From an uncultured Pseudomonadota bacterium (GTDB lineage: Bacteria; Oederibacteriota; Muellerivitia; Muellerivitales; Muellerivitaceae), in NCBI GenBank assembly GCA_963836235.1, contig CAWIIP010000002.1, forward strand, positions 1-64,000: 64,000 nt of DNA. Reading direction: 5' to 3'. Numbering within the stretch: position 1 is the first letter of the stretch; every line of letters starts with the position of its first letter. Position numbers and translations under genes: made by a program. Below, in pieces: positions 27,848-36,928 of this stretch. A model generated the notes under the pieces. That model ran no database searches. It worked only from the letters and a program-made list of their open reading frames with translations, and had not been told where the DNA came from.

Positions 27848-29236
27848 CTAGGGCATAGCCTCCACTGTGCCGCCGTTTAACAAATATTGGCTTCCGGCGG
27901 CTCTCAATAAGCGGGTCTTGGCCTCGGCCGATTGGATATCCAAGTTGACCATATCCTTCAAGGCCTGCTGAAGGTCTGAAAGCGGCCCAAGAAAGGACAA
28001 ATACCTTTGTTTGGCCAGGAGCGCCGCTTTCGCGGTCTTCTCCTGTTCTTCCACCAGCACTTTCAGTTCCTCCGTGGAGGCTTCCACTTCTTCCCCGTAT
28101 TTGATGTTCAAATCATCCACCGTTAATTGGTCCTGCGCGGCTTCCGACGTGCGGGCCAGGGCTTCGGCCCGGGCGCCCTTTTCCTCCGCGTCAATCCGAA
28201 ATCCCTCAAAAAGCGGGAAACTGACGCCGACAAAAACCGAATAATCCTGGGCTTGTTCCAGCCGGGTGTCGCTCAAATAGCCGGCGCTTCCCGCCACTTC
28301 CAAAACCGGCAGGTTTTCAGCTGAGTACGCAGCCGCGGTTTCATTGGCGGATTTGGTTTCGAATTCCGCCTGGGTGACCAGGGGGCTTTTCCCCGGCGCC
28401 GTCAGGCCCAGGCTGGTTTCAGGCAAGTCGGATGGGGCAGTACAGGAAAAGGACCGGGGGTCCATTCCCGTCAAAAGGGCCAATCGTTGAAGGCCCGCCT
28501 GGTATTGGCGGGCGAAGTCATCCGCCCGCAGTGAGGCGTCCGCCAGTTGGTCCTCGATCAAAAGGCCCTGCACTTCCGAATACTGTCCGTTTCTCACGAA
28601 CCGTTTGACGGTGTCCCGGATGCCCGTCAATTCGTCTTCCAATTTTTTCCAGGCGTCCCGGTCACCCCGCAGGCGAGAAGTCTCCAGGTAGGCGTTCAGG
28701 ACCTGCTGGTCCGCCAGTTCGGTCTCGAATTTGGTCCTTTCCCGACTGGCGTCATAAGCGTAATGGGCCGATGAGGATTGATGCCAAACCGACAAATCCA
28801 CCAAATCCCACTTGGCGTAGGCGCCCGCCGCCGGTCCCTTGCGGTAGGGAGAAGCCACCATTCCGGGAAAACTGTCCAAACCGGAAGTCCCAAACCCGGA
28901 GGAAGAGCCCGGAAACCCGCTGCTTTCCACCGCGTCCAAACCCAAGGAGGGATAAAATCCAGAATCCGCCTGCCGGGAAAATTCGCGTGATTCTTCCTCG
29001 CGGGAAGCCGCAGCCTTGACCAGGGGACTGTGTTTTTCCCCTAAACGCAAAGCCTCGCTCAGGGATAGCTCTTTCGGTGGCGTATCCTGGGCGTAAACCG
29101 GCCCCAAGAGGGTGACTAAAAACAAAAACCCCATGAGAAAAATTGTTTTTTTCGGCTTGAAAGGCAGGTTCCCCAGCCCCCACTCGCCATACCGGCCTTT
29201 TTCCGTCCCGAATAATGCCTTTGGAATATTTTTCAT
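27848..29236 (-). CDS. TolC-family outer membrane efflux protein
   Basis: LSLSEALRLG..HSPLVKAA, A.SGFYPSL, VGVSFPLFEGFR, A..RY; translationally coupled to the RND gene. Confidence 0.88.
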   Translation of the reverse strand: MKNIPKALFGTEKGRYGEWGLGNLPFKPKKTIFLMGFLFLVTLLGPVYAQDTPPKELSLSEALRLGEKHSPLVKAAASREEESREFSRQADSGFYPSLGLDAVESSGFPGSSSGFGTSGLDSFPGMVASPYRKGPAAGAYAKWDLVDLSVWHQSSSAHYAYDASRERTKFETELADQQVLNAYLETSRLRGDRDAWKKLEDELTGIRDTVKRFVRNGQYSEVQGLLIEDQLADASLRADDFARQYQAGLQRLALLTGMDPRSFSCTAPSDLPETSLGLTAPGKSPLVTQAEFETKSANETAAAYSAENLPVLEVAGSAGYLSDTRLEQAQDYSVFVGVSFPLFEGFRIDAEEKGARAEALARTSEAAQDQLTVDDLNIKYGEEVEASTEELKVLVEEQEKTAKAALLAKQRYLSFLGPLSDLQQALKDMVNLDIQSAEAKTRLLRAAGSQYLLNGGTVEAMP

Positions 29237-32200
29237 TTTCCCTCCTCCCGATAATAGGCGCTTTGGGGATCCAGTGGATCCAGTGAAGCCGTATAGGTCG
29301 GCTTGTTCCGGTGAACCAGGGCGTAAATGATCGGCATGATCAGCAGGGTTGTCACCGTGGACCCAAAGAGCCCCCCGATCACCGCCCGGGCCAAAGGCGC
29401 CGTCTGCTGGCCGCTATCGCTTAAACCCAAAGCCATGGGGATCATGCCGACGATCATCGCAATGGCCGTCATCAACACGGGCCGCAAACGGCTTTGCGCC
29501 CCGTACACCGCCGATTCCCAGGAATGTTTCCCTGACCGTCTCGTTAAATCCGCAAAGGTCACTAAGAGGATCGAGTTTGCCACCGATACCCCGACCGACA
29601 TGATGGTGCCCATGAAGGATTCAATATTGATGGTGGATCCGCTGAAATAGAGGGCGATCAAGGCCCCCGAAAGAACCGCGGGCACGTTGGAAATAACGAT
29701 CAAGGCGATGGGAAACGACTCGAAGCTTCCCGCCAAAAGCAGCAGGATGACCACGACGGCGAAGCCCAGCCCCGCGGAAAGGCCTGTTGTCATTTCCTGG
29801 AGGGTCGCGATTTGGCCGCGCACCCAAACCCGGACCCCCTTGGGAAGCGTCGCCTGGATGGGCTCCAATATTTTGTCGATTCGTTCCGCGGCGTGGCCCA
29901 GGTCCAGGCCATATAAGTTGGCGGTGACGGTCGCCATGCGGGCCAGGTTGTAACGGTCATACTCGGCCACCTCGGTACCCGGCTGCACTTGGGCGAAAGC
30001 CGAGAGTGGAATGGCCCCCGTATTGACGGGAATCGGCACCTTTTTCAAATCCTCGATGGATTTGATGTCATTGGAGGGAACTTCCACTTGAACCTGGTAA
30101 TTCACGCCGTCCTTGGGGTCTTCCCAATAATTGGGAAGGGTGAAGCGGCTGGAAGAAGTGACCGGAACAAGGGCCCTTCCGACATCGGTGACATGCACGC
30201 CCCTTAACCCGGCTTTTTCCCGGTCGACGTTCACGTTAAGGGTCGGGTAATCCCATGGCTGTCCGTATTGCAGGTCCCGGATGGCCGGTAGTTTCGAGAG
30301 GGCCTCTTTGATTTCTTCCGCCACGGCGCGGTCCTTATTCAGGTTCTGGCCGTTGACGTCCACGTCGATAAGCGTCGGGGACCCGGCGCTCATGACCTTG
30401 TCAATGAGGCCGCTGGCCTCGAAGGAGACCGACACATCGGGCAGTTCTTTTTGAAAAACGGACCTTAGCTTTTCCTTCAACGCGGCCGTCGAAACCTTGG
30501 AATCCTTCTTGAAAGCCACGTCCAAAACGGCTTCCTGCGGCCCGGAACTCCAGAGGAAGATAGTATTGATGGCATATTGGGTGGGCTGGGTACCGACATA
30601 ACCCAGGGTCGTATCCACGCTGTCCGGTCCCGCCGTTTGCTTGATCAGGTCGATCACTTTCAGGAGAATTTGTTCGGTTTTGTCGACATAGGTTCCGGTT
30701 GGGGCGCGGACCCGAAGCTGAAGCTCGTGGCTTTCAACCCTCGGGAAGATTTCCCGCCCGATATGGGTCCCCAGGAACCCGATGATCAGGATCGTTCCTA
30801 AAGCGTAGGCCGAGAGGAAAAACGGACGATGGTTGTAAATGAACTCAAGCATTTTACCGTGGACCTTTTTCATGATATCTAGGGCCGTTTCCCGGCCATG
30901 AACCTGGGGATGTTCCTTTTTCAGCAGCCATGTGGCGAGGATCGGAACCAGGGTCATGGAGAGAAAAAAGGCCCAAATGATGGAGAAGCCAACCGAAAGG
31001 GTGAGGGGCACGAACAGGGCCTTGGACATTCCTCCCATGAAAAAGGCCGGAATGAACACGGCCAAGATACAAAGCATGGTGAGGAAGGCCGGGTTGAATA
31101 TTTCGCTGGTCCCGTTAATGGCCGCGGTGGCAAGCGGTTCCCCCTTGCCCAAGCGCACATGGATGTTCTCGATGGTGATGGTGCTTTCGTCCACCAAAAT
31201 GCCGATGGCCAGGGCCAAACCGCCCAGGGTCATGATGTTAATGGTCTGCCCAGCGACCTTCAAGCTGAGGATGGCGCCCATCAAGGCCAGGGGTATGTTG
31301 ATCACGACGATCAGGGCGCTTCGCCAATCTTGGAGGAACAGAAGCACCATGAGCCCCGTCAAGAGGGCGCCCATGACCCCCTCGAAGGAAAGGGACTTGA
31401 TGGAATCCTTGACCACGCCCGATTGGTCGAATTCAAAACTGACCTTGATGTCGTCCGGCAGGACGTCCTGGAAAAGCTTCATGTTATTTTTGATCTCGTT
31501 GACGACGGTGAGGGTGGAGGAGTCGGAACGCTTGATCACCGGAAGATAAATGGTTCGATGGCCGTTGACGAGGGCGTAGCCCACCTGGATGTCGGTGGAA
31601 TCCTTTACGACACCGATGTCGCCGACAAAAACCGTGGGATAGGTCCCCAGACGGATGGGCACCTTCAATAAATCGTCGATATTTTCGACAATGGAATTTA
31701 GGGGAACCGCGGGATATTGGTCCCCAATCCGAATCTTCCCCGATGGCTCGATCTGGTTGGCCTTGGCCAGGGCTTCCACTACATCCTCGGGCGATAGGTT
31801 GTACTGTTGAAGTTTTTTCGGATCAACTTCGATGACAATGGCCCGTGGACTGGAACCGAAGGAGTCCGAAACCAGGAGCCCAGGCAGGGTGGCCACGAGG
31901 GGGCGCACATAGTTAAGGGCATAATCCTCGATATCCCCCAGGCTCCGGGCGGGGCTGGAAAAAACCAGGTCTCCCACCGGAAGGTTGCCGCTATCAAAGC
32001 GGAGGATGAGGGGCGGAAGGGTTCCCGGCGGCATGTTTTTCAACGCCCGGGTCGAACGAGATACGACTTCCCCCATCGCTGCGGACATGTCCGTGTCCGG
32101 GTGGAACAGAAGCTTCAAAAGGGTGACTTCACCGATACTCTTGGACTCAATATGCTCGATTCCGTTGACGTAGGAAAACTGTTTTTCAAAGTTGTAGGCG

Positions 32201-32460
32201 ATAAAGCTTTCCATTTGTTTCGGATCCATCCCACCATAAGGTTCCACCACAAAAATACTGGGTGTTCCCAGGCTTGGAAAAATATCGAACTGCATATGAA
32301 ACAAAGAGGTGACAGCCCCCAACGCGATGGCGATCGAGAGCACCACCATCGTGATAGGCCTGCGCATGGCTAATTGGACCATTCCCACCCGAAATATCTG
32401 TTGGAGAACGGGGCTTTGAGTTTTAATTTTTTTACTAGTTTTCAGTCGCGGGTAAGTCAT
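29233..32460 (-). CDS. RND efflux permease (AcrB/CusA superfamily)
   Basis: 1075 aa; RRPITMVV, DIFP, LGGLALAIGILVDES, GVSVANSILLV, RLRPVLMT, APLARAVIGGL. Confidence 0.95.
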   Translation of the reverse strand: MTYPRLKTSKKIKTQSPVLQQIFRVGMVQLAMRRPITMVVLSIAIALGAVTSLFHMQFDIFPSLGTPSIFVVEPYGGMDPKQMESFIAYNFEKQFSYVNGIEHIESKSIGEVTLLKLLFHPDTDMSAAMGEVVSRSTRALKNMPPGTLPPLILRFDSGNLPVGDLVFSSPARSLGDIEDYALNYVRPLVATLPGLLVSDSFGSSPRAIVIEVDPKKLQQYNLSPEDVVEALAKANQIEPSGKIRIGDQYPAVPLNSIVENIDDLLKVPIRLGTYPTVFVGDIGVVKDSTDIQVGYALVNGHRTIYLPVIKRSDSSTLTVVNEIKNNMKLFQDVLPDDIKVSFEFDQSGVVKDSIKSLSFEGVMGALLTGLMVLLFLQDWRSALIVVINIPLALMGAILSLKVAGQTINIMTLGGLALAIGILVDESTITIENIHVRLGKGEPLATAAINGTSEIFNPAFLTMLCILAVFIPAFFMGGMSKALFVPLTLSVGFSIIWAFFLSMTLVPILATWLLKKEHPQVHGRETALDIMKKVHGKMLEFIYNHRPFFLSAYALGTILIIGFLGTHIGREIFPRVESHELQLRVRAPTGTYVDKTEQILLKVIDLIKQTAGPDSVDTTLGYVGTQPTQYAINTIFLWSSGPQEAVLDVAFKKDSKVSTAALKEKLRSVFQKELPDVSVSFEASGLIDKVMSAGSPTLIDVDVNGQNLNKDRAVAEEIKEALSKLPAIRDLQYGQPWDYPTLNVNVDREKAGLRGVHVTDVGRALVPVTSSSRFTLPNYWEDPKDGVNYQVQVEVPSNDIKSIEDLKKVPIPVNTGAIPLSAFAQVQPGTEVAEYDRYNLARMATVTANLYGLDLGHAAERIDKILEPIQATLPKGVRVWVRGQIATLQEMTTGLSAGLGFAVVVILLLLAGSFESFPIALIVISNVPAVLSGALIALYFSGSTINIESFMGTIMSVGVSVANSILLVTFADLTRRSGKHSWESAVYGAQSRLRPVLMTAIAMIVGMIPMALGLSDSGQQTAPLARAVIGGLFGSTVTTLLIMPIIYALVHRNKPTYTASLDPLDPQSAYYREEGK

Positions 32461-32606
32461 TGGGATCCTCCGAAATCTCGGCCGCGCCTTGACCGGTCAA
32501 TAGGCGTGATGGCGCACTTTTCCCCATCCGGATGGGTTGGAACCGGTGGCGAAAGGCCAGCGGCACCCCCAACCTTATCAGGGAGAACTATTTTCACGAG
32601 ATTCCT

Positions 32607-32954
32607 TTAAATGCGAAGGACGACCGTACGGAGGGAAGGCACGGCGTAAACAGCTTTGGGGGTTTGGCCCCAAGCCCCAAAAAAGGGCGTTAATTCAGCC
32701 AGATCAATATAAGAACGCAAGGCCATCACCGGCACGGCCTGTTGTTTGTCTTCCCGATTAAAGGAACAGCGAAGGGTAGCGTGGGTGACCGCGAAAGGTG
32801 ACTTTTCTTCCAAGCGGTTAGTGGAAGAGGAGCTGCTTTGGACGGGTTCCCAAGAAGTCGGTACCAGCCGGTTGACCAAGCTGGGCCTCAAGGAAAAAAG
32901 AAGGACGCTCAAAACCAGTAACAGCCTGGTGGATATTTTAAGGACTTCCCGCAT
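32607..32954 (-). CDS. Signal-anchored small protein ending in LRI (leader C)
   Basis: 115 aa, hydrophobic N-terminus, ends PSLRTVVLRI*; directly upstream of the RND gene. Confidence 0.68.
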   Translation of the reverse strand: MREVLKISTRLLLVLSVLLFSLRPSLVNRLVPTSWEPVQSSSSSTNRLEEKSPFAVTHATLRCSFNREDKQQAVPVMALRSYIDLAELTPFFGAWGQTPKAVYAVPSLRTVVLRI

Positions 32955-33089
32955 GTTCTACTTCCCGCATGAGTGGACTTCTAAAATCGAGCGAAATTAT
33001 GGAACCGTCCCGGCCCCTTTTCAACCCCTATCCGAAATATCCCATCCCATTAGAGCGAAAGTGGCCAAAAAGGCTTGCGCCGGGCGCTT

Positions 33090-34433
33090 TTAAGTCTGGT
33101 CCCCTTCCACGTCCACTGATTGCCCGGTTTTCGCGGGGGCCTTTTCATTGAGTTGTTTGCCCTGAGCGTCGAATTTCTCATAGGACCCGTCGTTCAGGAT
33201 TAATTTAATTTCCATGGCCCCTTTGCTGTTCTTAGAAAACTTCACGTCCTTGACGTCGCTTTCCAGGAAAAGAGGCTTAAAGGAGTTTTTCGCCGAATCA
33301 TAAAGAAAGGCGTCGCCCTCTCCCCCGACAATCTTCACCATACGCGTTTTGTCTTGGCTGGGGAATTCGACGATGTCCTTGGACAGGTTTGAATTCTCTT
33401 CCATGTTGGATGACCCGGCCACATTGCCGTTCGTCGGAGGTTGGTTATAACTATTCCCGCCCGCGTTCGCGTCGGCCTGGTCGGTAGGCGCATAGTTGCC
33501 ATTTTCATAAATGTAAACCGTGTTCGTTCCCGGATCCTGCCAATACCACTCGTTACCCCACCAATAGCACCAACGGGCTCCCCAGGAATCGTACCACCAC
33601 CAATTATCTCCATAATATTGGGTCCAAAAGAAAGAATCACCCCAGCACCAGCCAAACCAGTTACAACCCCAGCGATCGAAATAGTGGCAATAGTTCCAGC
33701 CACCCCAAGAATGCCAATAGTAATTGTTCCGGAGGACATCGGAGCGGTTAAGGGATGCGATCCTACCTGAGAAAGCAGTGCCGCGGGAAATGGAGGCCAT
33801 ATGACTTGTCACCAGGGATGAATTCATCCGGCTGGGAGAAACCAGGGAAGCTGAAAAAGCCTTGCCCGACGGTCCCGTGCTTGGAAGCTTTACTACTGAG
33901 TGTTGAAGAGAATGCGGAAGCAAGGAACTATGGCTCAGCGGACGAGGAGAACCAGAAACATAGGAATGGGTAAAAGCTCCCGTTGAAGTGTTGAAGTGAT
34001 GAAGATTTGTTGAATTGGAATGGAAGTTAGCGCCGTTCGAGCCATGCGCGCCATAGGAACGGTTGAAATGACGGACTTGGCCGTATCCGTACGATCCATA
34101 AGTACCCCGTTGGTAATAGCCGTTGCCCCCCGAACGGAAATTTCCCCCGTTGGAACGGGAAGAATTGGAATAAGCGTGGTTATTGTTGTTGGACGAATGA
34201 TCCGAAGAATCGAAAGAACCGGCGTTTGACCCGGAAGAACTGTCGCCCCCACCGCGATCACTCCCGCCACTGCCACCTCGGTCATCACCACCGCTCCAAC
34301 CACCGCCTCCACCTCCACGGTCTCCCCCGCCGCTCCAGCCGCCTCCCCCGCCGCCAGCCCCCGCATCGCGAGCCAAAATTGCTCCGGCCGGAAGGGATAA
34401 TAGGATTGCCAATAACCAGGTTATTTTCTTCAT
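33090..34433 (-). CDS. Secreted Gly/Ser/Asn low-complexity protein with Trp/Tyr/Cys-rich domain (paralog 2)
   Basis: Same architecture and motifs as 24866..26206 (LHHFN, YYWHSWGGWNYCHYFDRWGCNWFGW, FWTQYYG, VYIYEN, VKIVGGEGDAFL..KPLFL). Confidence 0.8.
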   Translation of the reverse strand: MKKITWLLAILLSLPAGAILARDAGAGGGGGGWSGGGDRGGGGGGWSGGDDRGGSGGSDRGGGDSSSGSNAGSFDSSDHSSNNNNHAYSNSSRSNGGNFRSGGNGYYQRGTYGSYGYGQVRHFNRSYGAHGSNGANFHSNSTNLHHFNTSTGAFTHSYVSGSPRPLSHSSLLPHSLQHSVVKLPSTGPSGKAFSASLVSPSRMNSSLVTSHMASISRGTAFSGRIASLNRSDVLRNNYYWHSWGGWNYCHYFDRWGCNWFGWCWGDSFFWTQYYGDNWWWYDSWGARWCYWWGNEWYWQDPGTNTVYIYENGNYAPTDQADANAGGNSYNQPPTNGNVAGSSNMEENSNLSKDIVEFPSQDKTRMVKIVGGEGDAFLYDSAKNSFKPLFLESDVKDVKFSKNSKGAMEIKLILNDGSYEKFDAQGKQLNEKAPAKTGQSVDVEGDQT

Positions 34434-34488
34434 TTCGCACCATCCTTGGGTTTAAACCCATCCGTTTGAAAATGATATTGAAGTGCTT

Positions 34489-34524
34489 CTATTGTTTAGA
34501 CGTTCTAGCCCATTAAAAGGATAC
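34489..34524 (-). promoter_or_regulatory. Putative ECF-sigma promoter (copy 2)
   Basis: Minus strand GTATCCTTTT...AACGTCTAAACAATAG. Confidence 0.45.
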
Positions 34525-34681
34525 TCTCTTTTTCAAACCATATTTGACGCTGATTTCCGGTGGTTTTTTCGTTCAAATTTGAAAAAGATTCGGGATGGCG
34601 GGAGTGAACAGCAGATTCCAGACTTCTTCGACCTATTTCACAACATGTTTCGTGTTATGGACAAAGAGTATCAGAGTATGC

Positions 34682-35287
34682 TTATTCTGAATTTTTAAAA
34701 CAAAGCAAACGCCAATAACCGAAAGGTTGGATAGGAATATCCACCGCTCCCCTCATCCCCGCTCGGTCCAAAAACTCGTCCAAGTAAAAGAGCGGTTCAA
34801 AACCCAATAGGGGGGCGAAGGGACGCAAAGCCCCTTCAATAAGGCTCATGAAGGAGCCCTTTTGGCTGAAATGATTCAGGATGTAAATGTCTCCGCCCCG
34901 GCGGGTCACTCTTTTCATCTCTCGGATCATCGCGACCGGATCGGGCGTGACTGAAGCCACGAACATGGCGATGCTTTTGTCGAAACAATGGTCCGGGAAA
35001 TCCAGCTTTTGGGCGTCCATCAAATGGAGTTGGACGTTGTTCAGTCTCAAAAGATCAACGCGTTGTTGGGCCTGTTCCAGCATTTCAGCGGTTAGGTCGA
35101 TACCGGTGACATCGACATTCGAGGGATAAAGCGGCAAAGACAACCCGGTTCCAATCCCAATTTCCAATACCTGGTGTCCGTCTTTAAGCTCCATTTGCCA
35201 CACGGCCCTGGAACGTCCCGGATTCAGCGCAAAAACATAAACACGCGCAAAACGTTTATAGCTTGATAAAACCGAAGTGTTATCCAT
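34682..35287 (-). CDS. Class I SAM methyltransferase, PmtA-like (phospholipid N-methyltransferase)
   Basis: VLEIGIGTGLSLPLYP, GIDL..EML, MDAQKLDFPD, SVTPDP, ILNHF. Confidence 0.8.
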   Translation of the reverse strand: MDNTSVLSSYKRFARVYVFALNPGRSRAVWQMELKDGHQVLEIGIGTGLSLPLYPSNVDVTGIDLTAEMLEQAQQRVDLLRLNNVQLHLMDAQKLDFPDHCFDKSIAMFVASVTPDPVAMIREMKRVTRRGGDIYILNHFSQKGSFMSLIEGALRPFAPLLGFEPLFYLDEFLDRAGMRGAVDIPIQPFGYWRLLCFKNSE

Positions 35288-35467
35288 CTTTGTCCAGTCT
35301 CTAAGACTTTCAGGATTTAGAATCGCATGTATTTTACAACCAGCCCGTTCAGAAAGCGAAGCCAGAAACAACCCTTTTTGATCTTTCAATTTTACGAATC
35401 TGTAACGCGAATCACTCTCACATTTTAGGACAATTCAACCCATCAGCCCGACGCATTTACTTGTTTT

Positions 35468-35983
35468 TCAACCCATATGCTCCCGAAGCCATTGGATTTG
35501 CCCCGTATGATGCCGTCCGTGCCAGGCATAAATGCAAAGCGCCCGAGAAAGGGGAATAGTACGCCCATCCGGATGGATGAAGGTCCGGGTATATTGTTCA
35601 TCCGTCATTGATCGAAGAAGGCGAACCCATCTTTGATGGACGCCTTCCAGCAAGAGAAGCGATGGTTCTACCGAACCTGTTTTAGCCTCAGTTAAATCCG
35701 ACCAAAGGTTTTCGTCGTAAGCCTTGATCGTGGGCTTTTCCTCGGTCAAAGTCCATTTGAACCGGATATAACTGTGCACATGGCTGTCGGCAAGGTGGTT
35801 GACGATTTGCCGCATATTCCAGTTCTTATAAAGTGTTCCCATTTGCTCGTCGGATAATTCCGAGACCGCCTGCCGCATCAGGGAGGGGGCCCGCTCGATT
35901 TGCGCAATAAGTTCCTCCCTGCGCCGGGCATCGACATCTTCCCCGACTTGAACCGGACCAACTGGAAATTTGGGCGCTTCCAT
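35468..35983 (-). CDS. YfiT/BstA (DinB superfamily) thiol S-transferase
   Basis: WNMRQIVNHLADSH, RFKWTLTEEKPTIKAYDE, YAWHGRHH. Confidence 0.9.
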   Translation of the reverse strand: MEAPKFPVGPVQVGEDVDARRREELIAQIERAPSLMRQAVSELSDEQMGTLYKNWNMRQIVNHLADSHVHSYIRFKWTLTEEKPTIKAYDENLWSDLTEAKTGSVEPSLLLLEGVHQRWVRLLRSMTDEQYTRTFIHPDGRTIPLSRALCIYAWHGRHHTGQIQWLREHMG

Positions 35984-36006
35984 ACTTTTCCTTAATTTCA
36001 GAATGG

Positions 36007-36699
36007 CTAAACCTTGCAACTAGCCTCGGCGACTTGATTTTCAACCCGGCCTTTTGAACATGCCTCACATTGGCTATTTCTTTCGGGAATAATGGAGCGC
36101 ACTTCCCTTTTTTGGATATCCACCTTCCAAAGCCGGTAAGGCCCTTCTTTCCGCGCCAACCGCAGGGCCTCGTGGGCCTGAAGATAACCAATGGCTTGTG
36201 AAAAAGAGCCCAAGACCCCCGCTTCTTGGCAAGTGGGCATGGCAAAAGGAGGAGGGATTTTAGGAATAAGACATCGAAGGCAAGCCGTCACGCCCGGAAG
36301 AACAGGCAAAACCTGGCCCTCAAACTTTACGACCCCCGCGTGGACAAAGGGCTTTCCCAATTTCACGCACCAGTCATTCAGCAAAAACTTTTTTTCTAGC
36401 CGGTCCAAACCATCAATGACCAAATCATAGGGTTCCAGTATCTTTTCCGCGTTCGAGGAGCCAAAAGCTTCGGGCATAAGCAATGTTTTGGTTTGGGGAC
36501 ACTGCTTCTTTAGGTATTCCTCGGCGGTTTCCACTTTGGGGCGTCCCAAGTCCTTTTCGGAATAAAGGATCTGGCGGTGAAGATTCGATAGTTCCACCTT
36601 GTCCGGGTCCATTAGGCCCAGTGTTCCAACACCCGCCTCGGCCAATAAGATGGACGCAGGACAGCCCAATCCCCCCACACCCACAATTAATATTTTCAT
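36007..36699 (-). CDS. moeB: MoeB/ThiF-family adenylyltransferase lacking the N-terminal RYSRQ segment
   Basis: GVGGLG, DPDKVELSNLHRQ, DGLD, CLRC, TCQEAGVLG, CEAC; an in-frame TGA 15 nt upstream excludes an N-terminal extension. Confidence 0.88.
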   Translation of the reverse strand: MKILIVGVGGLGCPASILLAEAGVGTLGLMDPDKVELSNLHRQILYSEKDLGRPKVETAEEYLKKQCPQTKTLLMPEAFGSSNAEKILEPYDLVIDGLDRLEKKFLLNDWCVKLGKPFVHAGVVKFEGQVLPVLPGVTACLRCLIPKIPPPFAMPTCQEAGVLGSFSQAIGYLQAHEALRLARKEGPYRLWKVDIQKREVRSIIPERNSQCEACSKGRVENQVAEASCKV

Positions 36700-36714
36700 T
36701 TTTTTACCGCACCC

Positions 36715-36909
36715 TCAAAAGAAGCCAAAAGCCAAAATGACGGCCCCCGATCCGATCAAGGAATAGCCAAGCGTGAGTAAAAGGAAATAATTCCAGGGGA
36801 TTCCGTTTTCTTTTTTGGCGTTGGCCGAGTAAATGGAAAACATGCCGGATAGTTGAAGCACAATAAATCCCAATATTCCCAAAGCCAACCCACCCATAAA
36901 ATAACCCAA
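36715..36909 (-). CDS. Small two-TM hypothetical protein
   Basis: 64 aa with two hydrophobic segments; fills the gap between the AKR and moeB genes. Confidence 0.55.
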   Translation of the reverse strand: MGYFMGGLALGILGFIVLQLSGMFSIYSANAKKENGIPWNYFLLLTLGYSLIGSGAVILAFGFF

Positions 36910-36928
36910 TATTCACCGCCTCAGAATA

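Noticed and set aside
20973-34433. Prophage, ICE or RiPP cluster interpretation of the accessory block
   Set aside because: No integrase, phage structural, conjugation or peptide-modifying enzyme genes, and no att-like flanking repeats were seen.
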